Of a DNA stretch of 60,144 bases, positions 19,645 through 28,977 are shown piece after piece. This DNA comes from a virus. Its lineage: Duplodnaviria; Caudoviricetes. How positions within the stretch are numbered: position 1 is the stretch's first letter; the number at the start of each line of letters is the position of its first letter. The stretch lies in IMG/VR virus record IMGVR_UViG_3300025632_000016, positions 1 to 60,144 of that record, one strand, 5' to 3'. A program made the position numbers and the translations under genes. The notes beneath the pieces were generated by a model. It was not told the DNA's origin. It searched no databases and saw only the letters and a list, made by a program, of their open reading frames with translations.

Positions 19645-20826
19645 TTGGGTAAGCTAGGACGCAGAGGTATATTTAGTACGGGGGCTTCTCTAGGTGGAGG
19701 GGGTGGAATATCTACGCCCTCTAACTTTAAGATAGTTCATAAGCTAGACATAAGCTTTGAGAATGAAATGGAGTTGCAGTCAGAGATTCTTAAATTAAAG
19801 TCTTTAGGTATTCAGCTTGAGAATGAACAAGAACTCTCCGCTGACTTAAAGATAGCTCGTAAGCTTGGCATAAGCCTTGAGAATGAACAAGAACTCTCCG
19901 CTGACTTAAAGATAGTTCGCGGGTTGGGTATAAGCTTTGAGAATGAAATGGAGTTGCAGTCAGAGATTCTTATGTTAAAGTCTTTAGGTATTCAGTTTGA
20001 GAATGAACAAGAGTTGTTTGCTGACCTCACATTAGGAGGTATTGACCCAGACGCTCAAACATTTATTACGGCTCACGAAACGGATACGGGCGTATCTATG
20101 AACGCAATCCAACAAAAAGCTATTAACGGTTTTGTGACAAGGTTAAAAGGAATAGGAACTACACATAGTACTAACTTTTGGAGTGGTGCGTTTAATGTAA
20201 CTTCAATCTATCCTTATTGTCCTTCAAATGATAGTACTGCGTCTGCGGCTGGGTATAAATTAGACCTACTAAGAGTTAACGATATAACCTATACAAATTT
20301 TATTGCTGGGGATTTTACACCTACGGGGGCGACTGGTGGAGCTGGAAAAATAGCAAACACTGGAATAGGCATAGACGCAGCGGCTTACAATGATTATATG
20401 ATTAGTTTTTATTCAAGAGATTTAAGCGCAAGCGGTAGGGTTATGGGGGCGTTAAATGCGGCGGCAACAAGAGCATTAGACCCAGCGTTTACGGGGGCAA
20501 CAACATATAATAACTTTTACCGAAATACTGGGTCAAGTTCAGACGCAATAACAAACACTCAAGGTTTGTTTACCGAAAGTCAAAACAAGCAATATAGAAA
20601 TACAACACAATTCGGAAATAGGCAAAGTGCTAATTTCTCATTAGATAATAAAGATATTTATTTACATTCAAGAAACTTTAATGGTGCTCCAAACGCCCCT
20701 ATCTCAAATGAATTTGCTGGATTTGCAGTAGGAACTAAAAACTTCACAGCAGCAGCTATTCAAGATTGGTTTGAGTGTTGGGATTGGTATCAAACAAATG
20801 TAATAACTGGAGGTAGAAATGTTTAG
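19645..20826 (+). CDS. Tail fibre / receptor-binding protein with 20-aa repeat stalk
   Basis: TTG start; five repeats of LGISLENEQELSADLKI type; then DPDAQTFITA domain common in Bacteroidota phage fibres. Confidence 0.65.
   Translation: MGKLGRRGIFSTGASLGGGGGISTPSNFKIVHKLDISFENEMELQSEILKLKSLGIQLENEQELSADLKIARKLGISLENEQELSADLKIVRGLGISFENEMELQSEILMLKSLGIQFENEQELFADLTLGGIDPDAQTFITAHETDTGVSMNAIQQKAINGFVTRLKGIGTTHSTNFWSGAFNVTSIYPYCPSNDSTASAAGYKLDLLRVNDITYTNFIAGDFTPTGATGGAGKIANTGIGIDAAAYNDYMISFYSRDLSASGRVMGALNAAATRALDPAFTGATTYNNFYRNTGSSSDAITNTQGLFTESQNKQYRNTTQFGNRQSANFSLDNKDIYLHSRNFNGAPNAPISNEFAGFAVGTKNFTAAAIQDWFECWDWYQTNVITGGRNV
19721..20027 (+). repeat. Five 60-bp tandem repeats
   Basis: tgagaatgaa core recurs at 19758, 19818, 19878, 19938 and 19998. 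Confidence 0.9.
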
Positions 20827-20998
20827 TGGGTTATTAGTAGATGATTTTGATTCAGTAAAAACTGAAAGTGGTATATATTGCAAACCAATGAAGTGTAATG
20901 AGGGGTATTTCTTACCGTTAGGTTGGGAGTCTTTTTTAGATGATAATAATATTAATTATACTAAAAGAGAAGATTTAACCGAGATTGAGTTAATATAA
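20819..20998 (+). CDS. Small protein downstream of the fibre gene (possible fibre chaperone), 59 aa
   Basis: Read by hand: MFSGLLVDDFDSVKTESGIYCKPMKCNEGYFLPLGWESFLDDNNINY...; overlaps the fibre stop codon. Confidence 0.6.
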   Translation: MFSGLLVDDFDSVKTESGIYCKPMKCNEGYFLPLGWESFLDDNNINYTKREDLTEIELI

Positions 20999-21016
20999 AA
21001 ATAGTATCTTTACCTA

Positions 21017-21457
21017 ATGGCAAGAGGCAGAAGAAGTAAAGGTGGAAAAGGAAAACGAAGTAATAAAGACCCTTACCGTTCTAATTTAGAGCGTGAGTTT
21101 GCAAAGAACCTTAAAGCAAGGAGTGTAGACTTTGGGTATGAAACCGAGAAGATAAGTTACGTTATAGACCATAAGTATTGTCCTGACTTTATTTTAGAGA
21201 AGAAAGATGGTACTACTATGATAATCGAGGTAAAAGGTTTTTTAGATTCTAGTGACCGCAGGAAGATGCTCGCTGTAAAGAAACAGAACCCTGATTTAGA
21301 TATACGATTTATATTCGGGGATAGCCAAAAGAAAATAATAAAAGGTAGTAAGACTACATACGCTATTTGGAGCAAGAAGAACGGCTTTAAATTTGCGGAT
21401 AAGTCATTGCCTTCTGAATGGAAAAAAGAATTATTAATTAATATATTAAATTTGTGA
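21017..21457 (+). CDS. T7 endonuclease I-like Holliday junction resolvase
   Basis: YRSNLE...YETEKISY...YCPDF...IIEVKG...DRRKMLAVKKQNPDLDIRFIF...TTYAIW motifs. Confidence 0.9.
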   Translation: MARGRRSKGGKGKRSNKDPYRSNLEREFAKNLKARSVDFGYETEKISYVIDHKYCPDFILEKKDGTTMIIEVKGFLDSSDRRKMLAVKKQNPDLDIRFIFGDSQKKIIKGSKTTYAIWSKKNGFKFADKSLPSEWKKELLINILNL

Positions 21458-21458
21458 T

Positions 21459-21986
21459 ATGAGAATAAGAAAGAAAGTGCCTAAAGTAACTAAGCGAGAT
21501 AGAATAGTTAAAGCCAAAGCCAACGCTAGTATTCTAAAGAAAAAGATTAAATCAGCCCCAAAGAAGGGGAGGGTAGTAGAAAGCCAGTCACCTAAGACTG
21601 GAGAAACCACATACTCACTAAACAAAGACTCTACTAAAGAGGCAAAGAAAATGGCTATAAAAAGAGTAAACACTAAACTCAAGGCTCAGAAAAAAAACAT
21701 TAGGAAGACACATTCTGCGGCTAAAGCTAAGGCTAAAACCTCTACATTAGCATCTAGGGGGATTAAAACAGCTCCAAAATCACAGAAAGCGTCAATTAAA
21801 TCATCCACAAAGAGAAGTAAGGCGTTAGCTAAATCAACTCATAAGCTAAGAAAGGCAGGTGCAGGAAGCGGTTTTTGCTCAACGGGAGCTGGAGGCTCTC
21901 CATCTTGTAATTCCACATCTAGAGCAGCGAAGAAATCTGCTATGTCTAAGAGAAAGGTAAAAACAAAGGTTCGTTATAGAAGATAA
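21459..21986 (+). CDS. Highly basic K/A/S/R-rich protein (histone H1-like composition)
   Basis: Composition only; includes a GAGSGFCSTGAGGSPSC segment. Confidence 0.65.
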   Translation: MRIRKKVPKVTKRDRIVKAKANASILKKKIKSAPKKGRVVESQSPKTGETTYSLNKDSTKEAKKMAIKRVNTKLKAQKKNIRKTHSAAKAKAKTSTLASRGIKTAPKSQKASIKSSTKRSKALAKSTHKLRKAGAGSGFCSTGAGGSPSCNSTSRAAKKSAMSKRKVKTKVRYRR

Positions 21987-21997
21987 TAAATATAATA

Positions 21998-22123
21998 ATG
22001 GCAAAGAAGGTTAGTTGGAAATACGGTGGTAAGAATTATAGCGGGACTCTTATAAGAGAAACCAAAACTCACAAATATGCGAGAACTACTAACGGTAAAA
22101 TTAAAACCATAAAGAAAAAGTAA
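21998..22123 (+). CDS. Small basic protein, 41 aa (Tudor/SH3-like start)
   Basis: Read by hand: MAKKVSWKYGGKNYSGTLIRETKTHKYARTTNGKIKTIKKK; TAATG coupling to the next gene. Confidence 0.7.
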   Translation: MAKKVSWKYGGKNYSGTLIRETKTHKYARTTNGKIKTIKKK

Positions 22124-22377
22124 TGGCTACACCAAGAAAGGGAAAAGCAAAAGTTAAAATTACCTCCACTGGAAAGAAAGTAAGTTACGGTCAGGCAGGT
22201 AAAGCTAAGAAGGGTGGTTCTAGGGTAAAGGTAGGTACACCTAAAGGAGATAGTTATTGTGCAAGAAGTTTAGGTATAAAGAAAAAATTATCTAAGAAAA
22301 AACAAAACGACCCAAACACACCAAACAACTTATCACGCAAGAGGTGGAAGTGTTCGGGAGCAAAATCTAAAAAATAA
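22123..22377 (+). CDS. Small basic protein with SYCARS...RWKC motif
   Basis: KKVSYGQAG...DSYCARS...NNLSRKRWKC, a family common in aquatic phages. Confidence 0.75.
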   Translation: MATPRKGKAKVKITSTGKKVSYGQAGKAKKGGSRVKVGTPKGDSYCARSLGIKKKLSKKKQNDPNTPNNLSRKRWKCSGAKSKK

Positions 22378-22383
22378 AAAAAG

Positions 22384-22506
22384 ATGGCAAAAACATTTAA
22401 GATGCACAATATGTATAGCAAAACAGGCGTAAAGAAAGTAGCTAAGACAATGGCACAACATTTATCTTTAAAGAAAAAAGGATATACTCATACTAAAAAG
22501 AAATGA
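22384..22506 (+). CDS. Small basic protein, 40 aa
   Basis: Read by hand: MAKTFKMHNMYSKTGVKKVAKTMAQHLSLKKKGYTHTKKK. Confidence 0.7.
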   Translation: MAKTFKMHNMYSKTGVKKVAKTMAQHLSLKKKGYTHTKKK

Positions 22507-22618
22507 ATTGTAGGTTTATAGGTGCTAATTAATAATACGTTACCTTTGTAATTATACGTCTAAATATTTAAAGAAATCTGCAACATCTAGGAACAAAAGT
22601 TTGTTATAAAAAATAATT

Positions 22619-22729
22619 ATGGTTAAGAAAAATAAAGCTAAGTGTAAAACCAAGACTAAGGCTGTTACAAATAAGAAAAAAGGAACTACAAAAACTAAGG
22701 TTGTAAAAAGAGGTGCGAGAGGTTACTAA
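22619..22729 (+). CDS. Small lysine-rich peptide, 36 aa
   Basis: MVKKNKAKCKTKTKAVTNKKKGTTKTKVVKRGARGY; promoter TACCTTTG at 22541. Confidence 0.5.
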   Translation: MVKKNKAKCKTKTKAVTNKKKGTTKTKVVKRGARGY

Positions 22730-22753
22730 AAGTACTACTCCTAAGAAAAAGAA

Positions 22754-23161
22754 ATGAAACTACTAATTAAAAGATTTAGCCACGAAGAAAACCAAACACT
22801 AGGCTATGCAATCGTTTTTAACGAGAATAACGGGGTTCAATATACATTCAGTACGTTAGAGTTGCCTTGGAAGGAGAACGCTAAGAGGATAAGCTGTATT
22901 CCAGTGGGAGAGTATAAGGTAGTTAAGCGTTGGTCTGATAAATACAAAAGACATTTCCACGTTTTAGATGTACCTAATCGCTCTTATATTCTTTTACATA
23001 GCGGAAACTACAATATACACACATTAGGTTGTATTCTTTGCGGTAAAGAGCATTTAGATATTAATGGTGACGGAGAAAGAGACATAACATCATCTAAGGC
23101 TACAATGAAAAAACTTAATGAAATTCTTCCCGATGAATTTACTATGGTGATTGAGGGCTAA
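22754..23161 (+). CDS. DUF5675-type putative endolysin
   Basis: TLELPWKEN...SCIPVGEY...VPNRSYILLHSGN...TLGCILCG (HxGN...GC catalytic pattern). Confidence 0.8.
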   Translation: MKLLIKRFSHEENQTLGYAIVFNENNGVQYTFSTLELPWKENAKRISCIPVGEYKVVKRWSDKYKRHFHVLDVPNRSYILLHSGNYNIHTLGCILCGKEHLDINGDGERDITSSKATMKKLNEILPDEFTMVIEG

Positions 23162-23172
23162 TACGCAAAAGC

Positions 23173-23221
23173 GTTACACAAAACGTGTAATCCGTCACAA
23201 ATTTATCAAATATTTGTGACG
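23173..23221. terminator. Hairpins at the convergence of late and early transcription
   Basis: ttacac-aaaac-gtgtaa and gtcacaaat...atttgtgac inverted repeats between convergent genes. Confidence 0.5.
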
Positions 23222-23272
23222 AAGAAAAGCCTTTATTTAATCGTTAAATTTTCTAACCATACCACAATCACG

Positions 23273-23479
23273 TTACCCACCATTAGGCTTATCAGGTAAT
23301 CCCATCCAATATTTTACAGTACTTAGTTTAAATGTGTTTTGGTCATCATCGTGCCACACTTCACCAAACTCACTATCATTTTCAAGCCTTGATATTACAA
23401 TGTCTATATTATCAATAGGGTGTACTAATACTCTAATACCCTCTTTTGGTTTCTGTGTTTTTATATTAATCCATTTCAT
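23273..23479 (-). CDS. DUF551-like small protein
   Basis: MKWINIKTQKP...VLV...VKYWMGLPDKP signature. Confidence 0.75.
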   Translation of the reverse strand: MKWINIKTQKPKEGIRVLVHPIDNIDIVISRLENDSEFGEVWHDDDQNTFKLSTVKYWMGLPDKPNGG

Positions 23480-23514
23480 AATATTCTATTAGTCTATCTA
23501 AGTACTCTTTAGCT

Positions 23515-24135
23515 TTAGTATGTTTCTTTATTAAAAAGCTTGCGTATTGTGCTTGGTGCTACGTTATATTTTCTAGCTAATTCAGAAAAGTTTATTTCTT
23601 CTTTTTCTTTACCATTAAAAAACTCTAAAACCTCATCCAAAACTCCCTTTCCATAAAGAGTATAATCTCTATTTATAGCCTGAATTTTCCTAGTTGTGTA
23701 CCTGCAATTATGCGGCGAATAACCCAAAGAATTATCTATTCTGTCCAATGTTAATCCCTTTTTGTATCCGTTATCCAATGACCAATTTATAAAAGCTTCT
23801 GAGCTATCTGCCCATAAAGAGCAAACACCTCTTTTACTATAATATTCGTACTTCACATTTTTAGGATTATAACATCTATCTTTCATATTTAACCAAGTAG
23901 AATATAACGGATGCTTTCTTAGACCGTGAGTAATACTTTTACATTTATCACAGCCGACACCAACTCTTTTTCTAGTATAGTCACTAGTCTTTTTTACAAC
24001 TATATTTCCGCAATCGCAAGATGCTTTCCAATAATGACAAGCCTTACCGTGTTTATTTTTAGAAATGTATTCTTTATTTAATACCGTCAGAGTGCCTACT
24101 ATAAACCCTGTTAAATCCTTTGCTTTTCTTCCCAT
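23515..24135 (-). CDS. HNH-type homing endonuclease with C-terminal HTH
   Basis: DLTG...LTVL...CDCGN...WLNMKDRC...LTLDRIDNSLGYSPHNCRY; FSELARKYNVAPSTI. Confidence 0.85.
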   Translation of the reverse strand: MGRKAKDLTGFIVGTLTVLNKEYISKNKHGKACHYWKASCDCGNIVVKKTSDYTRKRVGVGCDKCKSITHGLRKHPLYSTWLNMKDRCYNPKNVKYEYYSKRGVCSLWADSSEAFINWSLDNGYKKGLTLDRIDNSLGYSPHNCRYTTRKIQAINRDYTLYGKGVLDEVLEFFNGKEKEEINFSELARKYNVAPSTIRKLFNKETY

Positions 24136-24359
24136 TCTATTAGTCTATTTAAATATTCTCTACATTTTTTCAAATCTTCCGCACCGTTCTTTTCTTTCCA
24201 TCGTCTAATGTACTTTAGGATATTACCCTCACAGAAACCTATATCGTTATCTAAGCAAAACTTTATAACATCGTTATCTGATTCGTAGTGCTTTGGCTTT
24301 ATTTTATCTTCACTCATCTGTTTTAATATTATGTTTTTTTCTGTATTTAATTTCCGCAA
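24111..24359 (-). CDS. DUF3310-like protein (likely start 24317)
   Basis: PKHY...FCEGNILKYIRRWKEKNGAEDLKKC signature. Confidence 0.85.
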   Translation of the reverse strand: MRKLNTEKNIILKQMSEDKIKPKHYESDNDVIKFCLDNDIGFCEGNILKYIRRWKEKNGAEDLKKCREYLNRLIEWEEKQRI

Positions 24360-24624
24360 TATAAAATGGAATATATTTATTATCAGGTCTATACTTAGAG
24401 TGCGGTATTACTCCATTATGCAATTCAATTCTATTTGCTATAATAAATTTTTCTTTCATAATCCTAAAAATATAATTGCAAACATAATAATCATTAGTAT
24501 TCCCGTTGCTACTTCTGCCGTGTATTTCTTCATTGTCTTTTTATTTTAGTTTAATAATCTCTATTATTTTTAGTACCCTGCAATATCAAAAGGCTATCGT
24601 GTTGATATTCATAATTTATTGTTT

Positions 24625-24885
24625 TTAAATAATTTCTAATTCTACTTCATCAACCAACCCTAAAAGCATTTCTAAGTTTCCTCTTGTTAGGGTTAGATAA
24701 GCATAGTCTTTAGTGTTTAAATGTACGCAACCGTCATTATGAAACTTACAATCTATAACGTCTAACTCTGCATCCACTATTTTAGCGGTAATAATTTCCC
24801 CTTCAATGATTAGCTTATCCCTTTCTGGGCAAAGAGCATCTTCAATATTAAATTCTTTCTTTTTCATAGTTTTAATTTGATACAA
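24625..24885 (-). CDS. Hypothetical protein (likely start 24867)
   Basis: ORF with a - strand promoter at 24883-24890. Confidence 0.6.
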   Translation of the reverse strand: MYQIKTMKKKEFNIEDALCPERDKLIIEGEIITAKIVDAELDVIDCKFHNDGCVHLNTKDYAYLTLTRGNLEMLLGLVDEVELEII

Positions 24886-24890
24886 ATATA

Positions 24891-24920
24891 AAAAGAGCCT
24901 CTACATAGCAAAGGCTCTTT
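24891..24920 (-). terminator. Intrinsic terminator
   Basis: aaagagcct...aggctcttt stem with A/T run. Confidence 0.6.
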
Positions 24921-24945
24921 CTGTTAAAAATATTTAAAAGGATTC

Positions 24946-26103
24946 TTAAAAGTTGTGTGTAAGCCTACTTATCTGTCCTAATTCTGGGTGATGTATAAAT
25001 GCTTCAATAGCAACCTTTGCCCCAAAGTAGCCCGAATTTTTGTGCCATAAATCTACTGCGCTAGGAGAACGTAGGTACTCAACAGTCATGCCTATAAAGT
25101 CCTTGCCGCTTCTGAACTTAAACATATCTTTATGGTGTATGTGATGTAAATAAGCATATCTGTATTCTGTTTCAGCCCACATTTGCTTCTCTTCGTGAGC
25201 GGCAAGATATGGTATTTGGTCTAGCTTGCACCCATCACCGTGTGAGAAAGACAGCATATTGACTCCATACTTAGCGTATTTTCTGTGTATATTACTAACG
25301 TCTAACGTTACGTTTTTATTATTATGAAAGTAGCAACTAACAGCATCTGCTAACATAAATCCACTCATATAATCGTGATTGCTCGGACAATGGATGACAT
25401 TAACGTGCGCTATTGTGGTAAGTCTTTGTATTATCTGACAATAAACAATTCTAGCTATCTTAAAGTTGTCATACCACATCCCATCTGTATCTTGTGGCGT
25501 TCCAGCGGTTGTCGTTCTCTTAGTGTTGTCGATATGGAGTATATCATTACCTATTACAAAGTAAACCATATCTATATTATACGGCTTAGACTTGTCTATC
25601 AGTGATTCACTTCCTTCAATTGCTCTGCTAATCGCTAAGTCTACATCGTAGTATTCACCCGTTCCTTGCATTGTGGCTAACTTACCTATATGTAAATCAG
25701 CTATATCTAAAATAAGACAATGAGCATCCTTTATATTCTTTCTCTTGTATTTCTTAACTTTAGGGGATAGTTTACTCATCTCTGTAATCATATCCTCTTT
25801 AATCAAATCGTAGTCTACAACCTCGTCTTTAAAGTCAACGTTCTTAACTAATGTAGATGTTCCCGTTTCAGAATCTTTTACCCAAGCCACCTTCCAAGAG
25901 TTAGCTGTTATATTGTTTCGGTGTAAGGACTCATCTATAATAGAATCTAACTTTCCGTTTCTCCTCTTAATATACTTCCTTAGAGCATCTACTTTACTAT
26001 ACTCAACATCTCCTAGTATTTCTCTTGCCATTTTACTCCAATCAGACCTACCAGAACCTAAAAGTCCATCTATTTTAGTGTCATATTTAAACCACTTACT
26101 CAT
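24946..26103 (-). CDS. Calcineurin-like metallophosphoesterase
   Basis: ADLHIGK, GNDILHID, SNHD, SHGD and HHIHH metal-binding motifs. Confidence 0.85.
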   Translation of the reverse strand: MSKWFKYDTKIDGLLGSGRSDWSKMAREILGDVEYSKVDALRKYIKRRNGKLDSIIDESLHRNNITANSWKVAWVKDSETGTSTLVKNVDFKDEVVDYDLIKEDMITEMSKLSPKVKKYKRKNIKDAHCLILDIADLHIGKLATMQGTGEYYDVDLAISRAIEGSESLIDKSKPYNIDMVYFVIGNDILHIDNTKRTTTAGTPQDTDGMWYDNFKIARIVYCQIIQRLTTIAHVNVIHCPSNHDYMSGFMLADAVSCYFHNNKNVTLDVSNIHRKYAKYGVNMLSFSHGDGCKLDQIPYLAAHEEKQMWAETEYRYAYLHHIHHKDMFKFRSGKDFIGMTVEYLRSPSAVDLWHKNSGYFGAKVAIEAFIHHPELGQISRLTHNF

Positions 26104-26134
26104 AACATTTGATTTTAGTTTTTACGAATATACT

Positions 26135-27004
26135 CTATTTTTTTATTTCTATATCCTGTAACCCTTTTGTTTTAAACATTTTGAGGTGGTTTCCGTCAAT
26201 AAAAGGGCAACTACTGCGAAATCCACAGACAGATTTACAGAACATATTACGCTCTCCTTTTTCATCTAATAGTTCTTTGTAGTCAGGGGTAAACATTCCC
26301 TTCATACCCATTTTTTCTACCTTTAATCTACCCTCAATCTCTAGTATTCTGCCTTCAGCGAACTCAATAGCCTCATCCATATCAGCCTTATTGAACTTAA
26401 TAACCTTTGGTTTGTCCCAAAATTGAAAGAACTCAAATATAAGCTGTTCGGGGTATTGTCCGTGTATTTGATGATAGCCATAAGCATAAACGTATAACTG
26501 TCTAGCCTTTTCTTTTACGTTTTTTCTTGTGAATCGCTTGCTTATTTTGTAATCCCTAATGGTTAAATTGCTCTTTCCATCACTATCAACGCTTACCCTA
26601 TCTACAAAGCCTTGAAATTTCTTGCCCGAAGGAAGGGTAAATTCTAGGTGTTCCTCCACCGAAACAGTTTCACCTAACAGCCAATTAGTATTCTCTTTAG
26701 TAAAGAAGGGAAGTGTTTTATTATAGTAATGTTCAGCGGCTTCTACTAGTTCACCTTCTTTATTGTAATATCCAAAAGGGTTATCTAATCCATCAACAGC
26801 ATCGTACCAGCTATTCTTAACGGCTTCTAAGCAATCCTCTTGCGTCATTTCGTCTTTAGCTGCGTGTTCCATTAGGTCGTGTTCAAATTTTCCCCCGACA
26901 TTCCATATGTTATCTTCACCTTTATTTTCTAGTACATAGTTTTGATAAAATGCAGCTAGGCAAGTGTAATTAACTCTACTCCAAGAGTATGTTGTTTCTT
27001 TCAT
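26135..27004 (-). CDS. PD-(D/E)XK (RecB/Cas4-like) exonuclease
   Basis: GFVDRV...IRDYK...QLYVYA; N-terminal Cys and C-terminal CxxxCxxxxxC. Confidence 0.85.
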   Translation of the reverse strand: MKETTYSWSRVNYTCLAAFYQNYVLENKGEDNIWNVGGKFEHDLMEHAAKDEMTQEDCLEAVKNSWYDAVDGLDNPFGYYNKEGELVEAAEHYYNKTLPFFTKENTNWLLGETVSVEEHLEFTLPSGKKFQGFVDRVSVDSDGKSNLTIRDYKISKRFTRKNVKEKARQLYVYAYGYHQIHGQYPEQLIFEFFQFWDKPKVIKFNKADMDEAIEFAEGRILEIEGRLKVEKMGMKGMFTPDYKELLDEKGERNMFCKSVCGFRSSCPFIDGNHLKMFKTKGLQDIEIKK

Positions 27005-27052
27005 ACTAAATCCTCCTTAATGTTTTCTATTATTGCTATTAGTTTCATATCT

Positions 27053-27451
27053 CTATCCTTTAATTAACCATTCTTTTTCGTAACTTTCCTTTGGGTTAGC
27101 GTGAATATATAAATGCCCTTCACGGCTGACTGCCATCCAAAGAGTAGAATCTAGTAATCTTTCTCCATTTCTTTTCATTTTGTGATGAATTTCCGTTGCA
27201 TCTAGGTTTGGATAAACTTCACACTTAGGGTTCTGCTCTAAAAATAATCTTCTTAAAATGGTGTAAGCTTGATTCATCCTAGCCCTTTTAGATGACACTT
27301 GCTTAATCTTTTGCCTTACTTTCTTGGTTTTTGTTTTAGGCTTGTATTTAGCGGAGCAATCTTTACAACCAAACTTTTTGGTAAAGTAATAACACATCTT
27401 ACCATCTTCTGTGTTGTTAGGGTCTTTACAGGGTTTCTTTTTGTTAATCAT
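27053..27451 (-). CDS. HNH-like nuclease
   Basis: CEV...ATEIHHK...WMAVSREGHLYIH; N-terminal Cys cluster. Confidence 0.7.
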   Translation of the reverse strand: MINKKKPCKDPNNTEDGKMCYYFTKKFGCKDCSAKYKPKTKTKKVRQKIKQVSSKRARMNQAYTILRRLFLEQNPKCEVYPNLDATEIHHKMKRNGERLLDSTLWMAVSREGHLYIHANPKESYEKEWLIKG

Positions 27452-27485
27452 TCAAACATATTTTTTCGTGCCTTAAAAATCCGTT

Positions 27486-27538
27486 ATCCAACAGTTGCTA
27501 AGGAAACATTAAAACGCTGGCTTAGCTTGGTGTTAACT
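27486..27538 (-). mobile_element. attC-like palindromic site 1
   Basis: - strand agtTAACaccaaGCTAAG...CTTAGCaactGTTggat; TAA is the stop codon of 27533..27808; ends in a perfect GTTRRRY. Confidence 0.6.
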
Positions 27539-27808
27539 TTTCTTCAACTCAAATATAGTGTCATCTAATTCCTTATCAACTATTTCATCAATCTTTTGTG
27601 ATAAATTAGTAATTACATCCTGACCTTCTACAAACACACCACCTACACTCACATCCTTTTCTAACTCTTTCATTAACTGATTGAGCAGCATCTTAGGCTT
27701 CTTATTGTACAGCTTAGTGCCTTTTATATCATCTAACACTTCTATGAAGCTTTGTCCGTGTAGGGCTAATCTAGCCCCTATTTTAAATAAGTCGTTATCT
27801 GATTTCAT
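27533..27808 (-). CDS. Hypothetical protein
   Basis: ORF coupled to neighbour. Confidence 0.65.
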   Translation of the reverse strand: MKSDNDLFKIGARLALHGQSFIEVLDDIKGTKLYNKKPKMLLNQLMKELEKDVSVGGVFVEGQDVITNLSQKIDEIVDKELDDTIFELKKS

Positions 27809-28155
27809 TATAATGTTTTAAAATATTCATTAACTATGTATCGCTTGAAATACATAAATACAGCATCCCTTAACACGCTACTCCCTTTTAACTTAATCGC
27901 TCTGTTAACTAATTCATCTATATTATCTATTCTATCTTGCCAGTATTTAGTCATTTGTTCGTTGGCTAATTCTTTATCTATCTCATATACCTCTACGAGT
28001 GAGTCTTTAGCGTATTCTAAGCCTTTTGACGGGTTATCAGCTTTCTTTGGTATCTTACCTTCAGTTGTTAATTCATTGTACGCTAATGAGCCTAAATCAA
28101 AGCAATGTCCGTTGCGCTTGAAGTAGTTGTATTCTCTTTGTGTGGCGGAAATCAT
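27808..28155 (-). CDS. Hypothetical protein
   Basis: ORF with TAATG coupling. Confidence 0.65.
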   Translation of the reverse strand: MISATQREYNYFKRNGHCFDLGSLAYNELTTEGKIPKKADNPSKGLEYAKDSLVEVYEIDKELANEQMTKYWQDRIDNIDELVNRAIKLKGSSVLRDAVFMYFKRYIVNEYFKTL

Positions 28156-28523
28156 TATAGGTATGCTGTGTTAAATTTTGGCTTATACTTTATAATCATC
28201 AATCTCTCTATTCTAAATATATCCTTTATGTTTTTATTTGCAATTTCAGCGCAAAACCATAATGCTTCATTAAAGTCAATATCATTACTATTATAATGTT
28301 CTGATATTCTTTTTTTTATACACTTACTCATACCTATATAAACTAACTCACCATCTTTAAATAAGTGGTATATTCCTAATGATTCTGGAATAACCCGTTT
28401 TAGGTCGCTGTTTATTATGTCTTTTATGTTTATTGGATAACCCACCTTCAAAGAGCCATTATAGAACGGATTAGAATACCTTATTTTATTATAATCTAAC
28501 CAATCCTTACCTATAAAATTCAT
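28155..28523 (-). CDS. GIY-YIG nuclease
   Basis: GIYHLF...LVYIGMS...RISEH...ERLMIIKYKPKFN. Confidence 0.85.
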   Translation of the reverse strand: MNFIGKDWLDYNKIRYSNPFYNGSLKVGYPINIKDIINSDLKRVIPESLGIYHLFKDGELVYIGMSKCIKKRISEHYNSNDIDFNEALWFCAEIANKNIKDIFRIERLMIIKYKPKFNTAYL

Positions 28524-28527
28524 AATA

Positions 28528-28977
28528 TTATTTCCCTTTTATAAATTGCTGTGATTGCATTTCATTCTTAACTACGCTTATTGTCTGCGTAAGAGAGCGT
28601 ATAATAGTATCATATACAGAATACCTATTACTTACTTCTTTGTATTCGTTTTCTAAAATAGATACTCCTTTAATTTCTGTTTCACAGTCTCTTTCTGCGT
28701 ATAACGTAGCTATTCTAGCCTTATCAGAACCCGTTAAGTCTTTTAAATATTCTATTTTCTTTTCGGTTAGGATTATTTTTAAGGCTGTTTTAGATTCGTT
28801 TAGGGCATTTCCCTTAGTGGTTTTAAGTTCCCCTAAATATGATAGTGATACAAGGTAATGGTTCTTCATAGCCTCTAACGTTTCAATAGGAACGGTATGA
28901 AGTTCTAGGGTATCTATATCTCCAAAGATTTCCGTAGTCCTCTTTTCGTGTGTCGTTAATGTTAATTCGTAATTCAT
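28528..28977 (-). CDS. Helical hypothetical protein
   Basis: 149-aa coiled-coil-like ORF in the replication operon. Confidence 0.6.
   Translation of the reverse strand: MNYELTLTTHEKRTTEIFGDIDTLELHTVPIETLEAMKNHYLVSLSYLGELKTTKGNALNESKTALKIILTEKKIEYLKDLTGSDKARIATLYAERDCETEIKGVSILENEYKEVSNRYSVYDTIIRSLTQTISVVKNEMQSQQFIKGK

Noticed and set aside
19721-20027. Regularly spaced repeats as a CRISPR array
   Set aside because: Units are in-frame coding repeats with no unique spacers, and no cas operon is present.
19645-20826. Diversity-generating retroelement acting on the fibre gene
   Set aside because: No reverse transcriptase and no template/variable repeat pair were found.
22715-22757. Possible frameshift extending the 36-aa basic peptide (VTKSTTPKKKK, ending at an ATGA overlap with the endolysin)
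   Set aside because: No slippery site is evident; a single indel or chance cannot be distinguished without reads.
26135-27004. Cas4 as evidence of a CRISPR system
   Set aside because: Stand-alone PD-(D/E)XK exonucleases are routine in phage recombination modules.
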